From assembly GCA_947469885.1 (NCBI GenBank), contig CANIQT010000014.1, positions 44,305-108,304 on the forward strand: DNA of 64,000 nt, read 5' to 3'. Positions 39,560 through 50,155 of this stretch are shown here, piece by piece; within the stretch, counting starts at the first letter, position 1, and each line of letters starts with the position of its first letter. The translations under genes and the position numbers were made by a program. This DNA is from Bacteroidota bacterium. GTDB taxonomy: Bacteria; Bacteroidota; Bacteroidia; 2-12-FULL-35-15. The notes beneath the pieces were generated by a model, which saw only the letters and a program-made list of their open reading frames with translations, did no database searches and had not been told where the DNA came from.

Positions 39560-40582
39560 TTATTTCTGCTGCCACTTGGCACCTCTGGTGAGTTGGTATT
39601 TTAAAGAAATTTCGGCACCTCCGTTGTGGTTGCTCACCGTAGAATAAGAAGAAGTATTGACATCAAACGAAATGCCTATCGAAAAATTTGCTATTTCATA
39701 ATTCACTTGTGGAATAAACGCATCACCAAAACGATAATGCGCGCCAATCGAAATTCCTGATTCGGAAATATAACCGGTAACTTTAGTAGCATTTTTGAAG
39801 CGGTGACGAATCATTGCGCCCACATTAAATTCGTTCGATTTGCCTTGAATGAAACAAACAAACGAAGGAATGATGGAAATGCTGGAGCCAGAAAGGTCGA
39901 GATAACCATTGATATTTACAACCGCTTTGCCATACAATTTTTCTGTAGCCGAAAAATATTGTTGCTCTGGTTGATTCATGTGATAATAAGCAAAACCAAT
40001 AGCCAAGCGTTTTTGCTCATTACGCTCCATAGTGTTTTTTCCACTGTAATATTCATAATACACGCCAGCACTCAAATCAGTATAAAAAGCAGATGTAAAT
40101 GCTACTGGCTCGTTGGGGTTAATGTTGTTGTCAAATCCTTTACCATCATATTGGTCGCCCCAACGAAGGGCAGAATAATCGGCTTTGTGTTGAGCGCCAC
40201 CGGCCGAAAGTCCAACAGAAATAACCGAAAGGCGAGTTACTGGCAAAATGCCTGACACACAAACTGCCACCTCAGTTAAACCTACTTTGGCATCACCCGC
40301 TTTGTCGCTAAATAAATTTAAACCTAAACCAAGATGAGCTTTGTTTGCTTTTTTGCCAACAATAGGTGCATCTACCGAAGCAGCCACTGTGTTAAACGAA
40401 TTGCCCATTGCCATCCATTGATTTTTATAATTGATGATTCCTCTTATGGCCCCGTCATAAACCCCTGTGGCACCCGGATTAACTAACTGAGGTGTTTCGG
40501 TGAACTGAGAAAAATGAATATCCTGTGCAACAGCAACAGAAAAAACAAAAAGAGTAACTATTATGGAGTATATTTTTTTCAT
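39560..40582 (-). CDS. PorP/SprF family T9SS membrane protein
   Basis: AQDIHFSQF, NPGATG, YKNQW, HMNQP, C-terminal GGAEISLKY. Lies downstream of a type B CTD protein. Confidence 0.92.
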   Translation of the reverse strand: MKKIYSIIVTLFVFSVAVAQDIHFSQFTETPQLVNPGATGVYDGAIRGIINYKNQWMAMGNSFNTVAASVDAPIVGKKANKAHLGLGLNLFSDKAGDAKVGLTEVAVCVSGILPVTRLSVISVGLSAGGAQHKADYSALRWGDQYDGKGFDNNINPNEPVAFTSAFYTDLSAGVYYEYYSGKNTMERNEQKRLAIGFAYYHMNQPEQQYFSATEKLYGKAVVNINGYLDLSGSSISIIPSFVCFIQGKSNEFNVGAMIRHRFKNATKVTGYISESGISIGAHYRFGDAFIPQVNYEIANFSIGISFDVNTSSYSTVSNHNGGAEISLKYQLTRGAKWQQK

Positions 40583-40606
40583 ACTAATGAACCAATAACT
40601 TATGAA

Positions 40607-43102
40607 CTAACGCACCAATGTAATATTACCTTTCAAATTCACAGGGTCGCCATTTGCCATGGTGCCGGTTAATTTAAAAGCAAACACACCCGAATTGAGG
40701 TTTTTCCCGTTAAAGGTACCATCCCAACCCATCGAACGGTCGGTGGTATGAAACACAGATTGTCCCCACCGGTTGAATACTTCAAAATCCATATTTTGAA
40801 TACTTCCTAAAACAAATAATACGTCATTTACATTATCACCGTTAGGCGAAAATGCTGTAGGTACTCCTGCTTCGGTACCTCCTATCGGTTCGAGGGGAGA
40901 ACGGAAAACAGCAATAAAATTATCGTTGGCAACAATGGTTACGCCCACCGAATCGGACTGAGCAGAAGGCAAAGGCACGTGGGCCGCCATTTCCCAATGG
41001 TCGAAAATATATCCGGTGTTAGCAGTAGCTTTCAAAATGGTTTCAATGTTTCCAAAATAACTGCCACTCCAAGGGTAGGAAGTTGGCGTAATTGTATTTA
41101 TTTGGGCTATGCCAGCTCCTGCAGGTTGAACATCTAAGGTGATGTTGAAAGGACCTGTTAAGCCGTAGCAGTCAATCATTCCCTGAGTAATAGCTACACA
41201 ACGGTCGTTGATAAACTGTCGCAAATCAGTTACATTTTGTAGCCATGTTGTTAGCGAACCACCCCATTTAGCAATTTGTCCGGGCATTTCGGGTGTAATA
41301 ACCGTTATCATACTATCCAACAAAGGAATCGAAAAACCACAACTAAAAGTAGAATTTAACAAATCAATAAAACGAGATTCATACATTTGCTTAAATGCTG
41401 GATTTTTAATCAACGAATCTAACATCACGGTATGCCCTTGTCCACCTGGGTCGGGCAGTGCTTCGGGTGCGCAAGGGTCAGCTGATGGCAATGTACTAGG
41501 TATTCCTGTATAATTAATATAATGTCCAAAACAGGCATCGTTGTCCCATAGTGTATATCTCCATTTATGTTCATTCGTCCCCGGACCAACTGCTAATCCT
41601 CTCCACCATGCAGTGTTCCAGTTCAACCAATCGGAAGTTACTGCCCACGAATTGATGAGGAAATAATCAATTAAACTTTTAAAATTTAATAAACTATCAA
41701 CATGGTTATAATTTGCAGGTATCGTCATGCTATTGGTAGCCATAAAATTTTTAAGATTGTCCCAATCAGTTTGGGCCTGAGGTCCTCCATAGGCACTCCA
41801 GGTAGCACCCCATGTTTGCAAAAACTGAAGACTGTCGGTATTCTGATGATAATAATAATCGGTAAAATCATTGTCGTCCACTTTTTCGCGAAGGTCATAT
41901 ATGCCCCAGTACTGCCCGTTTACATAAAGCACGGCTGGTGACCAAGTGCGTTCGTCCAAATGCAAATTCCCTCGTTGTGATAATGTATGAACATAAGCAT
42001 CTCGAATTTCTGCACCTCCGGTAGAAAAAGGATAATTATCATTTGCCGCAGCTTTCAAGATGATTCGTGTAAAATTATGGCGGGATTTGTTTACAAATAA
42101 ATTTGTTCTCACTGCGTAATTATAACCCAACTCGTCATCACATATATAATCAATTCCGCGTTGCGAATATGCCCATGAATCGTTACCGTGTTCGTTAGCA
42201 CTTCCATCTGCTTCGGCTGTTAATTGCCGAGCAACATCAAAATACTGCAAGCCTGTTTCGGGGCTGAATTGTGTACCACCCATAAGTGTGGCTATTCCGT
42301 CACCAAAAATAGAAACAACTGGAACCGTGTGAGTAACTCCAATAAAATAAGTATTGCTTCTGATAAAACTTGGTGGCACAAGAATGTTGGTACTAAAAGC
42401 ACGTGCCCTGATAACGGTAGTGGTTGATATTGAAATGGGTGTTGAATATAGAGTAGATGCTTGTGTTGGAGTAGAGCCATCGAGTGTATAGTAAATTGAC
42501 ACATTCAAATCGGGAGAAGACAATGCTACCGTTTGTGCCGAAGCGTAAAACCCAGGAGCAATACTTGTATTGGGTCTGGTAGCATATTCCAACTTAGGAT
42601 TTGAATTGGTTAGTCCCGGAGTTGGTGTTGTAAACACGGTCCACAATGCACCGCCATCGCTTGCTCTACCTCTCGAATGGTCAACAAGGTTAGGCCTTAG
42701 TGTCATCGAATCAATGATGGTTCCTGCTGCATTGGCAAACACCAGTTCATCAGGTTTGGTTTGTGTAAGTTTAAAATTGGTATGCACATTACCTGCCACC
42801 AAAGTATTTTTTCCTGAAGCCCACACTTGCAAAAAACCGTTGGCAGCTATAGTTGCACCTGCTGGAAAAGTATATTTGGTAACATTATTTTTGTTGTCAC
42901 TCAAATGATAGCCTTGAAGGTTTACAGCAGTTCCGCCTGCATTATATAACTCTAACCAGTCGGAAGTGTTTCCGAAATTATCGTTAATGGATTTGTTGGC
43001 ACACGAATATTCATTTATCATTACTTGGCTGTTTGCCTTTTTGGTAAAGGACAAAACTGATAAACAAACAATAAAAATACGAAAGTAATTTTTCAAATTC
43101 AT
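40607..43102 (-). CDS. Lamin-tail + FN3-associated + CotH kinase protein with gliding-motility (type B) T9SS CTD
   Basis: INEY..DWLELYN (LTD), IYYTLDGSTPT, YVNGQYWGIYDLREK and WDND (CotH), PTAFSPNGDNVND..FNRWG..GNITLVR. Confidence 0.88.
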   Translation of the reverse strand: MNLKNYFRIFIVCLSVLSFTKKANSQVMINEYSCANKSINDNFGNTSDWLELYNAGGTAVNLQGYHLSDNKNNVTKYTFPAGATIAANGFLQVWASGKNTLVAGNVHTNFKLTQTKPDELVFANAAGTIIDSMTLRPNLVDHSRGRASDGGALWTVFTTPTPGLTNSNPKLEYATRPNTSIAPGFYASAQTVALSSPDLNVSIYYTLDGSTPTQASTLYSTPISISTTTVIRARAFSTNILVPPSFIRSNTYFIGVTHTVPVVSIFGDGIATLMGGTQFSPETGLQYFDVARQLTAEADGSANEHGNDSWAYSQRGIDYICDDELGYNYAVRTNLFVNKSRHNFTRIILKAAANDNYPFSTGGAEIRDAYVHTLSQRGNLHLDERTWSPAVLYVNGQYWGIYDLREKVDDNDFTDYYYHQNTDSLQFLQTWGATWSAYGGPQAQTDWDNLKNFMATNSMTIPANYNHVDSLLNFKSLIDYFLINSWAVTSDWLNWNTAWWRGLAVGPGTNEHKWRYTLWDNDACFGHYINYTGIPSTLPSADPCAPEALPDPGGQGHTVMLDSLIKNPAFKQMYESRFIDLLNSTFSCGFSIPLLDSMITVITPEMPGQIAKWGGSLTTWLQNVTDLRQFINDRCVAITQGMIDCYGLTGPFNITLDVQPAGAGIAQINTITPTSYPWSGSYFGNIETILKATANTGYIFDHWEMAAHVPLPSAQSDSVGVTIVANDNFIAVFRSPLEPIGGTEAGVPTAFSPNGDNVNDVLFVLGSIQNMDFEVFNRWGQSVFHTTDRSMGWDGTFNGKNLNSGVFAFKLTGTMANGDPVNLKGNITLVR

Positions 43103-43234
43103 TTTGAAAAGGAGTTAAATGTTTTAATTAAGCCATAAAAGTAGTTGTAAAATTTTGATTTGCAAAATATTGTTTATTGAAGTGTGTGAAACGAAAATTC
43201 ACATTATACTACTATCTTTGCGAAAAATTATAAA

Positions 43235-44446
43235 ATGAGCACACTGTTAAATACAATTGAAGAAGCGATTACCGACCTCAAACAAGGAAAAATAATTATT
43301 GTGGTGGACGATGAAGACCGGGAAAACGAAGGAGATTTTATATGTCCTGCCGCCAACGTAACCCCCGAAGTCATTAATTTTATGGCTACTCACGGGCGTG
43401 GATTAATTTGCGCATCCATTACCGAAGAACGATGTGCAGAGCTTGGTTTGGAAATGATGGTAACCAACAACACTGCCGAACATACAACAGCATTTACTGT
43501 TTCGGTTGATTTGTTGGGCTATGGTTGCACCACAGGCATCTCTGTCAGCGACCGCTCTAAAACCATAAAGGCATTAATTAATCCCAACATTAAACCCGAA
43601 GAGTTTGGAAAACCCGGGCACATTTTTCCACTAAAAGCAAAAAAGGGAGGTGTGCTTCGCAGAGCAGGACATACCGAAGCAACGATAGATTTAGCACGCA
43701 TGGCTGGTTTCGAACCGGCAGGTGCATTGGTGGAAATAATGAACGAAGATGGCTCTATGGCTCGACTTCCTCAATTGTTAGATATTGCTAAAAAGCATAA
43801 TCTCAAAATTATTTCAATTGAAGATTTAATTGCTTACCGGATAAAAAACGAAACCATTATTACCAAAGATGTGCAAGTAAAGATGCCAACTCAATGGGGC
43901 GATTTTGATTTGGTTGCTTATCATCAAACCACCAACGACCAAGAGCATTTGGCATTGATAAAAGGAACTTGGAAAAAGGATGAGCCTGTGTTGGTGAGGG
44001 TTCACTCTTCTTGTTTAACAGGCGATATATTTGGTTCCTGCCGTTGCGACTGTGGTGCACAACTACATAAATCCATGGAAATGATTGAAAAGGAAGGCAA
44101 AGGGGTTATTGTTTATATGAACCAGGAAGGTAGAGGTATAGGATTGCTAAACAAACTAAAAGCGTATAAACTTCAGGAAGAAGGCAAAGACACTGTGGAA
44201 GCAAACGAAGAACTCGGTTTTAAAATGGACGAGCGCGATTATGGAGTAGGGGCACAAATACTGAGAGATTTAGGGATTTGCAAAATACGACTAATGAGCA
44301 ACAATCCTAAAAAACGTGCAGGGCTTATTGGTTATGGATTAGAGATAGTTGAAAACCTTGCCATTGAAATTGAGTCGAACGAACACAATAAGTTTTATCT
44401 CCAAACCAAAAGAGATAAAATGGGGCATTCGCTAAAACTGGAATAA
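43235..44446 (+). CDS. ribBA: Bifunctional DHBP synthase / GTP cyclohydrolase II
   Basis: [43 protein letters not shown]. The -7 box TATCTTTG is at 43213-43220. Confidence 0.97.
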   Translation: MSTLLNTIEEAITDLKQGKIIIVVDDEDRENEGDFICPAANVTPEVINFMATHGRGLICASITEERCAELGLEMMVTNNTAEHTTAFTVSVDLLGYGCTTGISVSDRSKTIKALINPNIKPEEFGKPGHIFPLKAKKGGVLRRAGHTEATIDLARMAGFEPAGALVEIMNEDGSMARLPQLLDIAKKHNLKIISIEDLIAYRIKNETIITKDVQVKMPTQWGDFDLVAYHQTTNDQEHLALIKGTWKKDEPVLVRVHSSCLTGDIFGSCRCDCGAQLHKSMEMIEKEGKGVIVYMNQEGRGIGLLNKLKAYKLQEEGKDTVEANEELGFKMDERDYGVGAQILRDLGICKIRLMSNNPKKRAGLIGYGLEIVENLAIEIESNEHNKFYLQTKRDKMGHSLKLE

Positions 44447-44506
44447 AGTTAACCTTGCGTTAATATAATTCTTCAACAGGAAATAATACCAAAAAAGCCA
44501 TTTTAC

Positions 44507-44778
44507 CTGCCTCCCGACTTGGAGATGGGACAAAACAAACCTTTTGGTGCACTTCCTGATGTGGAGATACACCAAAACAACTCTTTTTGAGCATCTCCCG
44601 ATTGGAAGGTGGAACAAATAAATTGTAACGATGCATCTCCTGATTGGGAGATACAACCAAACAACTGTTTTGGGGTATCTCCAAGCTGGAAGATGGGACA
44701 AAACAACTCTTTTGCAGTATCTCCGTACTTGGAGGTGGCACAAATTGAATTATTTGATGTATCTCCCAGTCGGGAGAT
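44507..44778. repeat. Degenerate 42-bp-period array of alternating palindromes (about 6.5 units)
   Basis: Units at 44507, 44549, 44591, 44633, 44675, 44717 and 44759. ATCTCC-N6-GGAGAT cores alternate with CAAAA-N6-TTTTG-type cores. Confidence 0.85.
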
Positions 44779-44864
44779 TGCTTGCCAGTTTATATATATA
44801 AAAGACTAAATCTGTATCTTTTTTCGATTTTTGCGTTATTAGTAAAACATCAACCTTAAAAGCC

Positions 44865-45548
44865 ATGAAAAAAATAATTCTTTTGGTAGTTCTTGCAAAT
44901 ACATTTTGCGCCTACTCACAAACATTGGAGCCAACAGAAACTCAGGCATTAGCAAATGTTATTGCGAGTAATAATTTAAAAGCACCTTTAGAAAATGAAA
45001 CGGTTAGTTTTGTTTCAATAAAAAACAAAAAAGTTTTTTCAGGAATTACAAAGGCGAATGGAAAGTTTCAGGTGCTGCTTCCGAAAGCCGATAAATATAC
45101 GGTAATTTACAAAGCATTTACCGAAGATAAAGAATACAGCACTGTTGAAATTCCCAATGAGGCAGGTTTGTTTAATGTGACTGTAAAATTAACCATCACT
45201 CCTTCTCAGCATTATACATTGGACAATGTGTTTTTTGATACCGGCAAATCAAATTTAAAACCAGAGTCGTTTGTGGAGTTAAATGCTTTGTGTAAATATA
45301 TGGAGATGAAAAAGACAAAGGTGATTGAAATTTCGGGACATACAGATAATGTAGGCAACAGCGAAGCCAATCAAAAATTATCGGAGGACAGAGCCAATGC
45401 GGTAAAAAACTACCTTGTTAAAAAAGGAGTAACTGCTGAGCGGGTGGTTGCTAAAGGGTATGGAGATACGCAGCCAATTGCCGATAATAATAGTGCTGAA
45501 GGGAAACAAAAAAACAGGAGAACGGAAGTGAAGACATTGAAGCAATAA
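44865..45548 (+). CDS. OmpA family protein
   Basis: VFFDTGKS, ISGHTDNVG, NQKLSEDRANAV, GYG, NRRTE. Confidence 0.93.
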   Translation: MKKIILLVVLANTFCAYSQTLEPTETQALANVIASNNLKAPLENETVSFVSIKNKKVFSGITKANGKFQVLLPKADKYTVIYKAFTEDKEYSTVEIPNEAGLFNVTVKLTITPSQHYTLDNVFFDTGKSNLKPESFVELNALCKYMEMKKTKVIEISGHTDNVGNSEANQKLSEDRANAVKNYLVKKGVTAERVVAKGYGDTQPIADNNSAEGKQKNRRTEVKTLKQ

Positions 45549-45583
45549 ATTATAAATAGAAAAAAATGGTTGCTGATGAATGG

Positions 45584-46231
45584 TTACTTTTTAAGCAAAT
45601 TCAACTCAATCTTTAATTTGATATTGAAATGTTGAATAATAATATTGATTGGGAAATGGTCTTTATAATCGTTTAACGAAAATAGCACTTTCTTTGTGCG
45701 CTTTTTTGAGTGTTCAATTTTTACAATTTGTTGTGTAGTTCTATCGGTGAAATAATAATTATACATTTTTTCTAATTTCTCTTTTTGAATATCCAAGCAA
45801 CGAATTCCTCCTTCATCACAATAATACAAACTCTCCATTTTTTTTCCGTTTATATTATTCATCAATAAAATTTCAATATCCTGTTGTATGGTTTGTAACA
45901 ATGCAGGCAAAGCGAACTGCGGAACGGAATAATGAACAGTAAAGGTAGAATCTTTAAATTCGAAGTCGAATAATTTCATACCTAATTCGGTGGTAAAAAT
46001 AATGCGATAATCATGAGGTCCCATTTGTTTAGCTACCAACAAACCGCTTATTTCTTTTTTATAAAGAGTAATGTTTGCTTTAAAAAGGAAGGAATTAAAA
46101 TTGTCGCCAAATATAGATTTCGGAATTGTCGATGAAGTGGGAGCTTTTTTTAATCTCCCGTAATGACCCAGCGTACAGCCCGAAGTAAAAAGCAACAAAA
46201 CAACGCTACTTAATAATAAATTTTTCATCAT
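45584..46231 (-). CDS. Hypothetical lipoprotein of flexirubin/aryl-polyene-type clusters
   Basis: Lipobox TSGC, SGLLVAK, FTTELGMKLFDFEF. Last gene of the operon. Confidence 0.7.
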   Translation of the reverse strand: MMKNLLLSSVVLLLFTSGCTLGHYGRLKKAPTSSTIPKSIFGDNFNSFLFKANITLYKKEISGLLVAKQMGPHDYRIIFTTELGMKLFDFEFKDSTFTVHYSVPQFALPALLQTIQQDIEILLMNNINGKKMESLYYCDEGGIRCLDIQKEKLEKMYNYYFTDRTTQQIVKIEHSKKRTKKVLFSLNDYKDHFPINIIIQHFNIKLKIELNLLKK

Positions 46232-46838
46232 CCACAGGCTGGTTGTTTTTCCGGTTAGTAAATTCTATACTAGTGTAATCATCGCCTGGTTCTATCATTT
46301 TTACTTTCACTACAGAGTAATCTGATTTATCAATGTATAGTTGAATAACTTTCAAAAAATCTTTTGCTCCTTTTTGCAAAGGCGAAAGTTCAAGCAAATA
46401 TTGTTTATCACTTTCAAAATACTTTGCTTTATAATCTTTGTTATTCAACAAGTTTCCCTGCACCGTATTCATCATCATTTCGTTAATGCTCTTAAACATT
46501 TTGTTTGAGTTGATATCGTATTTACTCACTTTACCATTGTCTTTAATAAACATTTTATCCTTGTTGATGGCTATGATGTATTTGTAAGGGTCGTTGTATT
46601 CCCACCGAAGCATATTTATTTTTTTAAAACAAAAATGCCCTTTGCTGATAATGTTTTCTGACATCACACTCAAATATTTTTCCTGTGTAAAATCGCTTTC
46701 TATGGAATTGACCAGTTTCGATTGTGTTTCCATTTTTTGTTTAAAAGCTGCTGTATCTTTAACTGGCGTAAAGCCTTTAGGAACTTGAGCAAATAAGGCT
46801 AAAGGAAGAAAGGATAAAACGATTATCAATTTATTCAT
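46206..46838 (-). CDS. LolA-family outer-membrane lipoprotein carrier protein
   Basis: SDFTQEK, SKGHFCFKK, LRWEYNDPYKY. Cluster context supports it. Confidence 0.85.
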   Translation of the reverse strand: MNKLIIVLSFLPLALFAQVPKGFTPVKDTAAFKQKMETQSKLVNSIESDFTQEKYLSVMSENIISKGHFCFKKINMLRWEYNDPYKYIIAINKDKMFIKDNGKVSKYDINSNKMFKSINEMMMNTVQGNLLNNKDYKAKYFESDKQYLLELSPLQKGAKDFLKVIQLYIDKSDYSVVKVKMIEPGDDYTSIEFTNRKNNQPVDDEKFIIK

Positions 46839-47601
46839 AAGGTTGTATATTTAAAAGCGATTGCATGCTTACAATTTTAAAGCCATTTTGTTTTGCGAAC
46901 TCAAGTGTTTGTTTTAAAACATGAATTGTTTTTTCGGAAGTGTCGTGAAACAGTACCACCGCACCAGGTTTTAGCTGTTGCGTAACTCTTAAAATAATTT
47001 TTTCTTCATTGTCATTTCTAGTATCCATTGAACGTACATTCCATCCAATAATTTGATACTTCAACGCTTTTGCTGCTTTTGCAAGGTTGGGAGTGGTAAC
47101 TCCATAAGGAGGGCGAAACAATTTTATTCGTTTGCCAATGAGATTGAAAACTGAATCGGATGTCTTGTTCAATTCATCCTTGAAACCGCTAACATTTTTA
47201 AAATCAATAAAAAAAGAATGTGAGAACGTATGATTGCCAATGGTATGTCCGGCTGAATCTATTTGTATTACTATTGCTTCGTTGCCTTCAATCTTTCTGC
47301 CTATTAAAAAGAAAGTAGCTTTTGCATTGTATTCCTCCAAAAGAGATATTACTTTGGGAGTGTATTCTTTATTAGGTCCGTCATCAAAAGTAACTGCAAT
47401 TTGTTTTTCTTTGGTAATGGCACTACAGAATGCTTTTGTGTAAAAGTTAAATTGAATGTTGGCAGAACCATAAATTACGAAGAACATAAAAACAAGCAAT
47501 GGCAGTATAAGCCACCATAAACTTATTTCCAAAAAATAATACAAAGAAAAAATGATGCAAAGAGAGATAATAAAAGTTATGCCTGTTGATTTGAAAGTCA
47601 T
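46831..47601 (-). CDS. Polysaccharide deacetylase (CE4)
   Basis: TFDDGP, GNHTFSH, FRPPYG, VLFHD. Confidence 0.93.
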   Translation of the reverse strand: MTFKSTGITFIISLCIIFSLYYFLEISLWWLILPLLVFMFFVIYGSANIQFNFYTKAFCSAITKEKQIAVTFDDGPNKEYTPKVISLLEEYNAKATFFLIGRKIEGNEAIVIQIDSAGHTIGNHTFSHSFFIDFKNVSGFKDELNKTSDSVFNLIGKRIKLFRPPYGVTTPNLAKAAKALKYQIIGWNVRSMDTRNDNEEKIILRVTQQLKPGAVVLFHDTSEKTIHVLKQTLEFAKQNGFKIVSMQSLLNIQPYE

Positions 47602-47619
47602 TGCAAAAATATTATTGAA

Positions 47620-48684
47620 CTAACATTGCGAAAGCAACGAAACAGTGTGGTAAGTGTTCATATAAGTATTGTAAATAAGAACATTTTTAATTTGTTTCTT
47701 TTTATTTTCTCCGATTAAAATACATGGAGGAATAGTTTGTGTTTTCAAAATCATGGCTGCTTCCCATAATGCGAAACAACTTGAAGTTTGAAATTCACCA
47801 CTCAAGTGTTTAAAGTAAACAGAAGTGCTTTCGTTAAATAGAGAATTCTTTAAATTATAATAAATGTCATCAAACCTTACATCACCGCTAATACCATACA
47901 TCACACAATCTACATCGGCAGGTGTCATGTTTTTTTCTTTCAGTAATTCTATGATTTTAGTTTCTACTTCTTTTTCGCTTTCGGGATTGAAAATCATTTT
48001 CACAGAAAGAAGTTTAGCGTAATTTTTTTCACTTTCTTCATTACTCAACACAAAAAATGCTGCCCCTTCGCCCGATACACTGCCTTTTGTTTTACTATTG
48101 ATGATTTCGATGGTGGGGGTATTTTCATCCTTCCAGAATCCTGCACGTTTGGTTATATTAAAGTGACGGTCTGTCATTTCATCGTGCCCGCCAACCAATA
48201 CATTTTTCGCATCCGTATCTGCCAATGTCATCAAGCCATCGAGCACCGCACTCTCGAACGAAAAGCCTTTGTGAACGTAAGTAAAATTATAATTCATACA
48301 CTTCAGTTGCAATGCAATTTGCGAACTAACTGTGTTGTGGGTGGATTGCATAAACGAGGTAGGAGTAAGAAACTGCTCCTGATTATCTAATATCGAAAGC
48401 AAAAATTTTTCGGTATCTTCGTGGCAACCTAATGCAGTTCCTGTAATAATTGCATCGGGTATTTCCACTCCGGCATCTTTTAAACAAATGGACGAAGCAG
48501 CAATGCCCATTTTTACTGTCCTTCCCATTCTGCGTGCCAAAATCGGGTTCAGAAATTCTGTATAAACTGGCTCAATGCAACGCAATGAATTGGTGTTGTA
48601 TTCTACCACGTCCGACAAAAAATCATGAGTATTAAATGTTTTTTGTGGGGAAACTATTCCTATTCCTTTTATAAATGCTTCCAT
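47620..48684 (-). CDS. Beta-ketoacyl synthase chain-length factor (non-catalytic KS)
   Basis: RRMG, PTSFMQSTHNT, GEGAAFFVL. Lacks the catalytic Cys motif. Confidence 0.85.
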   Translation of the reverse strand: MEAFIKGIGIVSPQKTFNTHDFLSDVVEYNTNSLRCIEPVYTEFLNPILARRMGRTVKMGIAASSICLKDAGVEIPDAIITGTALGCHEDTEKFLLSILDNQEQFLTPTSFMQSTHNTVSSQIALQLKCMNYNFTYVHKGFSFESAVLDGLMTLADTDAKNVLVGGHDEMTDRHFNITKRAGFWKDENTPTIEIINSKTKGSVSGEGAAFFVLSNEESEKNYAKLLSVKMIFNPESEKEVETKIIELLKEKNMTPADVDCVMYGISGDVRFDDIYYNLKNSLFNESTSVYFKHLSGEFQTSSCFALWEAAMILKTQTIPPCILIGENKKKQIKNVLIYNTYMNTYHTVSLLSQC

Positions 48685-48687
48685 AAA

Positions 48688-49890
48688 TTAATGTCGCGAA
48701 AAAATTAATGCTGCTGAATTGCCACCAAAACCAAATGAATTTGACAATACATTATTTATTGGTTTGTCTGTTGTAAGCACTTTGGTTGGAGTAAATTTTA
48801 GTTCACTCATCTGGTTGCTATGGTTCAAACTTGGATAAACCATGTTGTATTTAATGGCCAATACTGATAATACCGCTTCAATCCCTCCACAAGCCCCCAA
48901 GGTATGTCCTGTAAATGCTTTGGTAGAACTAATTCGCGGAACATTGTTTCCAAATATTCGTTCTATTGCGGTTCCTTCCGACATATCATTTACCTCCGTG
49001 CCTGTGCCGTGAGCATTGATATAATCAATATCTGCGGGTTTCAATCCGCTTACTTGAAATGCTTTTTGCATGGCTAGATACGCTCCTTCTCCAGTGGGTG
49101 ATGAAGCGGTTTGATGATAGGCATCATTCGAATTACCATACCCTGTAAGCTCACACAAAATTTCTTTTCCTCCAGCTGCTTGTTCCGATTCAAGCACCAC
49201 GTAACCTGCGCCTTCGCCTAAGTTCAAGCCTTTTCGCTCTGCATCAAATGGTTTGCATTGTTCTCTGTCTAATATCATTAAAGTCATAAAACCATTGATG
49301 GTAAACTTGGAAAGCGAATCGGTGCCACCAACAATTACTCTATCAACCAATCCATTTTTAATTAATCTTGCTCCAAGCATAATGGAATTGGCAGAAGACG
49401 AACAAGCTGTACTGATGGTAGAAATATGGTCTTTGATTCCTAAATAATTTGCAATTACTTCGGTACTATCACCACAATCGTGTGTTTCGATATATTTTAA
49501 CCAATCTCCACTTTTTTCGGGATTCAGAAAATCTTGAAAATAATTTTCGGTCATTGACATGCCGCCCACACTGGTTGCAGAAATAATTCCGGTTCTAAAT
49601 TCTTTTGTGTCTTTTATTCCTGCCCACACCATTGCTTCTTTTGCAGCCACCATGCCCAAAAGAGAAGTACGAGTAATTTTTGCATCTTCAGGAAGACCAA
49701 GTATTTTTATCAGTTCAGGGTTGGTATGTTTTACTTCACCAATCGGAATTTCGTTTCGATGACGGGTAGTTATATTATCCAACTCTCCAATGCCTGATTT
49801 ACCTTTGGCAACAGCATCCAATGTTTCAGCCACATTGTCGCCAATGGCAGAAATGATACCGATGCCTGTTATGTAAATTTTTTGGTTCAT
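48688..49890 (-). CDS. Beta-ketoacyl-ACP synthase
   Basis: TACSSS, NAHGTGT, GHTLGA, NSFGFGG. Confidence 0.93.
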   Translation of the reverse strand: MNQKIYITGIGIISAIGDNVAETLDAVAKGKSGIGELDNITTRHRNEIPIGEVKHTNPELIKILGLPEDAKITRTSLLGMVAAKEAMVWAGIKDTKEFRTGIISATSVGGMSMTENYFQDFLNPEKSGDWLKYIETHDCGDSTEVIANYLGIKDHISTISTACSSSANSIMLGARLIKNGLVDRVIVGGTDSLSKFTINGFMTLMILDREQCKPFDAERKGLNLGEGAGYVVLESEQAAGGKEILCELTGYGNSNDAYHQTASSPTGEGAYLAMQKAFQVSGLKPADIDYINAHGTGTEVNDMSEGTAIERIFGNNVPRISSTKAFTGHTLGACGGIEAVLSVLAIKYNMVYPSLNHSNQMSELKFTPTKVLTTDKPINNVLSNSFGFGGNSAALIFSRH

Positions 49891-50144
49891 TACTTTTTGT
49901 TCGCCTCAATAAATTCGGCCATGGTTCGGATGGATTGAAAAATTTTTTTACCGTCAGCAGGGTTGGCTATTTTAATACCGTAGTTTTTTTCTAAAAGCAC
50001 TATCAGCTCCAATGCATCAATCGAATCCAGTCCTAATCCATCTCCAAACAAAGAAGAATCGGAATCAATATCTTCCTTTTTTACTCCTTCCAGATTCAGT
50101 TGCAAAATAATTTCGCCTTTTAATTTGTCCATTAACTCGTCCAT
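49890..50144 (-). CDS. Acyl carrier protein
   Basis: LGLDSIDALEL phosphopantetheine site. Confidence 0.95.
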   Translation of the reverse strand: MDELMDKLKGEIILQLNLEGVKKEDIDSDSSLFGDGLGLDSIDALELIVLLEKNYGIKIANPADGKKIFQSIRTMAEFIEANKK

Positions 50145-50155
50145 AATTTTTATTT

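Noticed and set aside
16300..39560. Island as an integrative mobile element
   Set aside because: No integrase, transposase, tRNA target or flanking direct repeats were found. Its island character rests only on gene content, the shared motif and the terminal pseudogene.
43102..43235. FMN riboswitch upstream of ribBA
   Set aside because: The short divergent promoter region has its -7 box only 14 bp from the ATG, leaving no room and no RFN motifs.
44507..44778. Canonical CRISPR array
   Set aside because: The repeats are too degenerate, the period of 42 bp is too short, and the linkers are related to each other. No cas genes.
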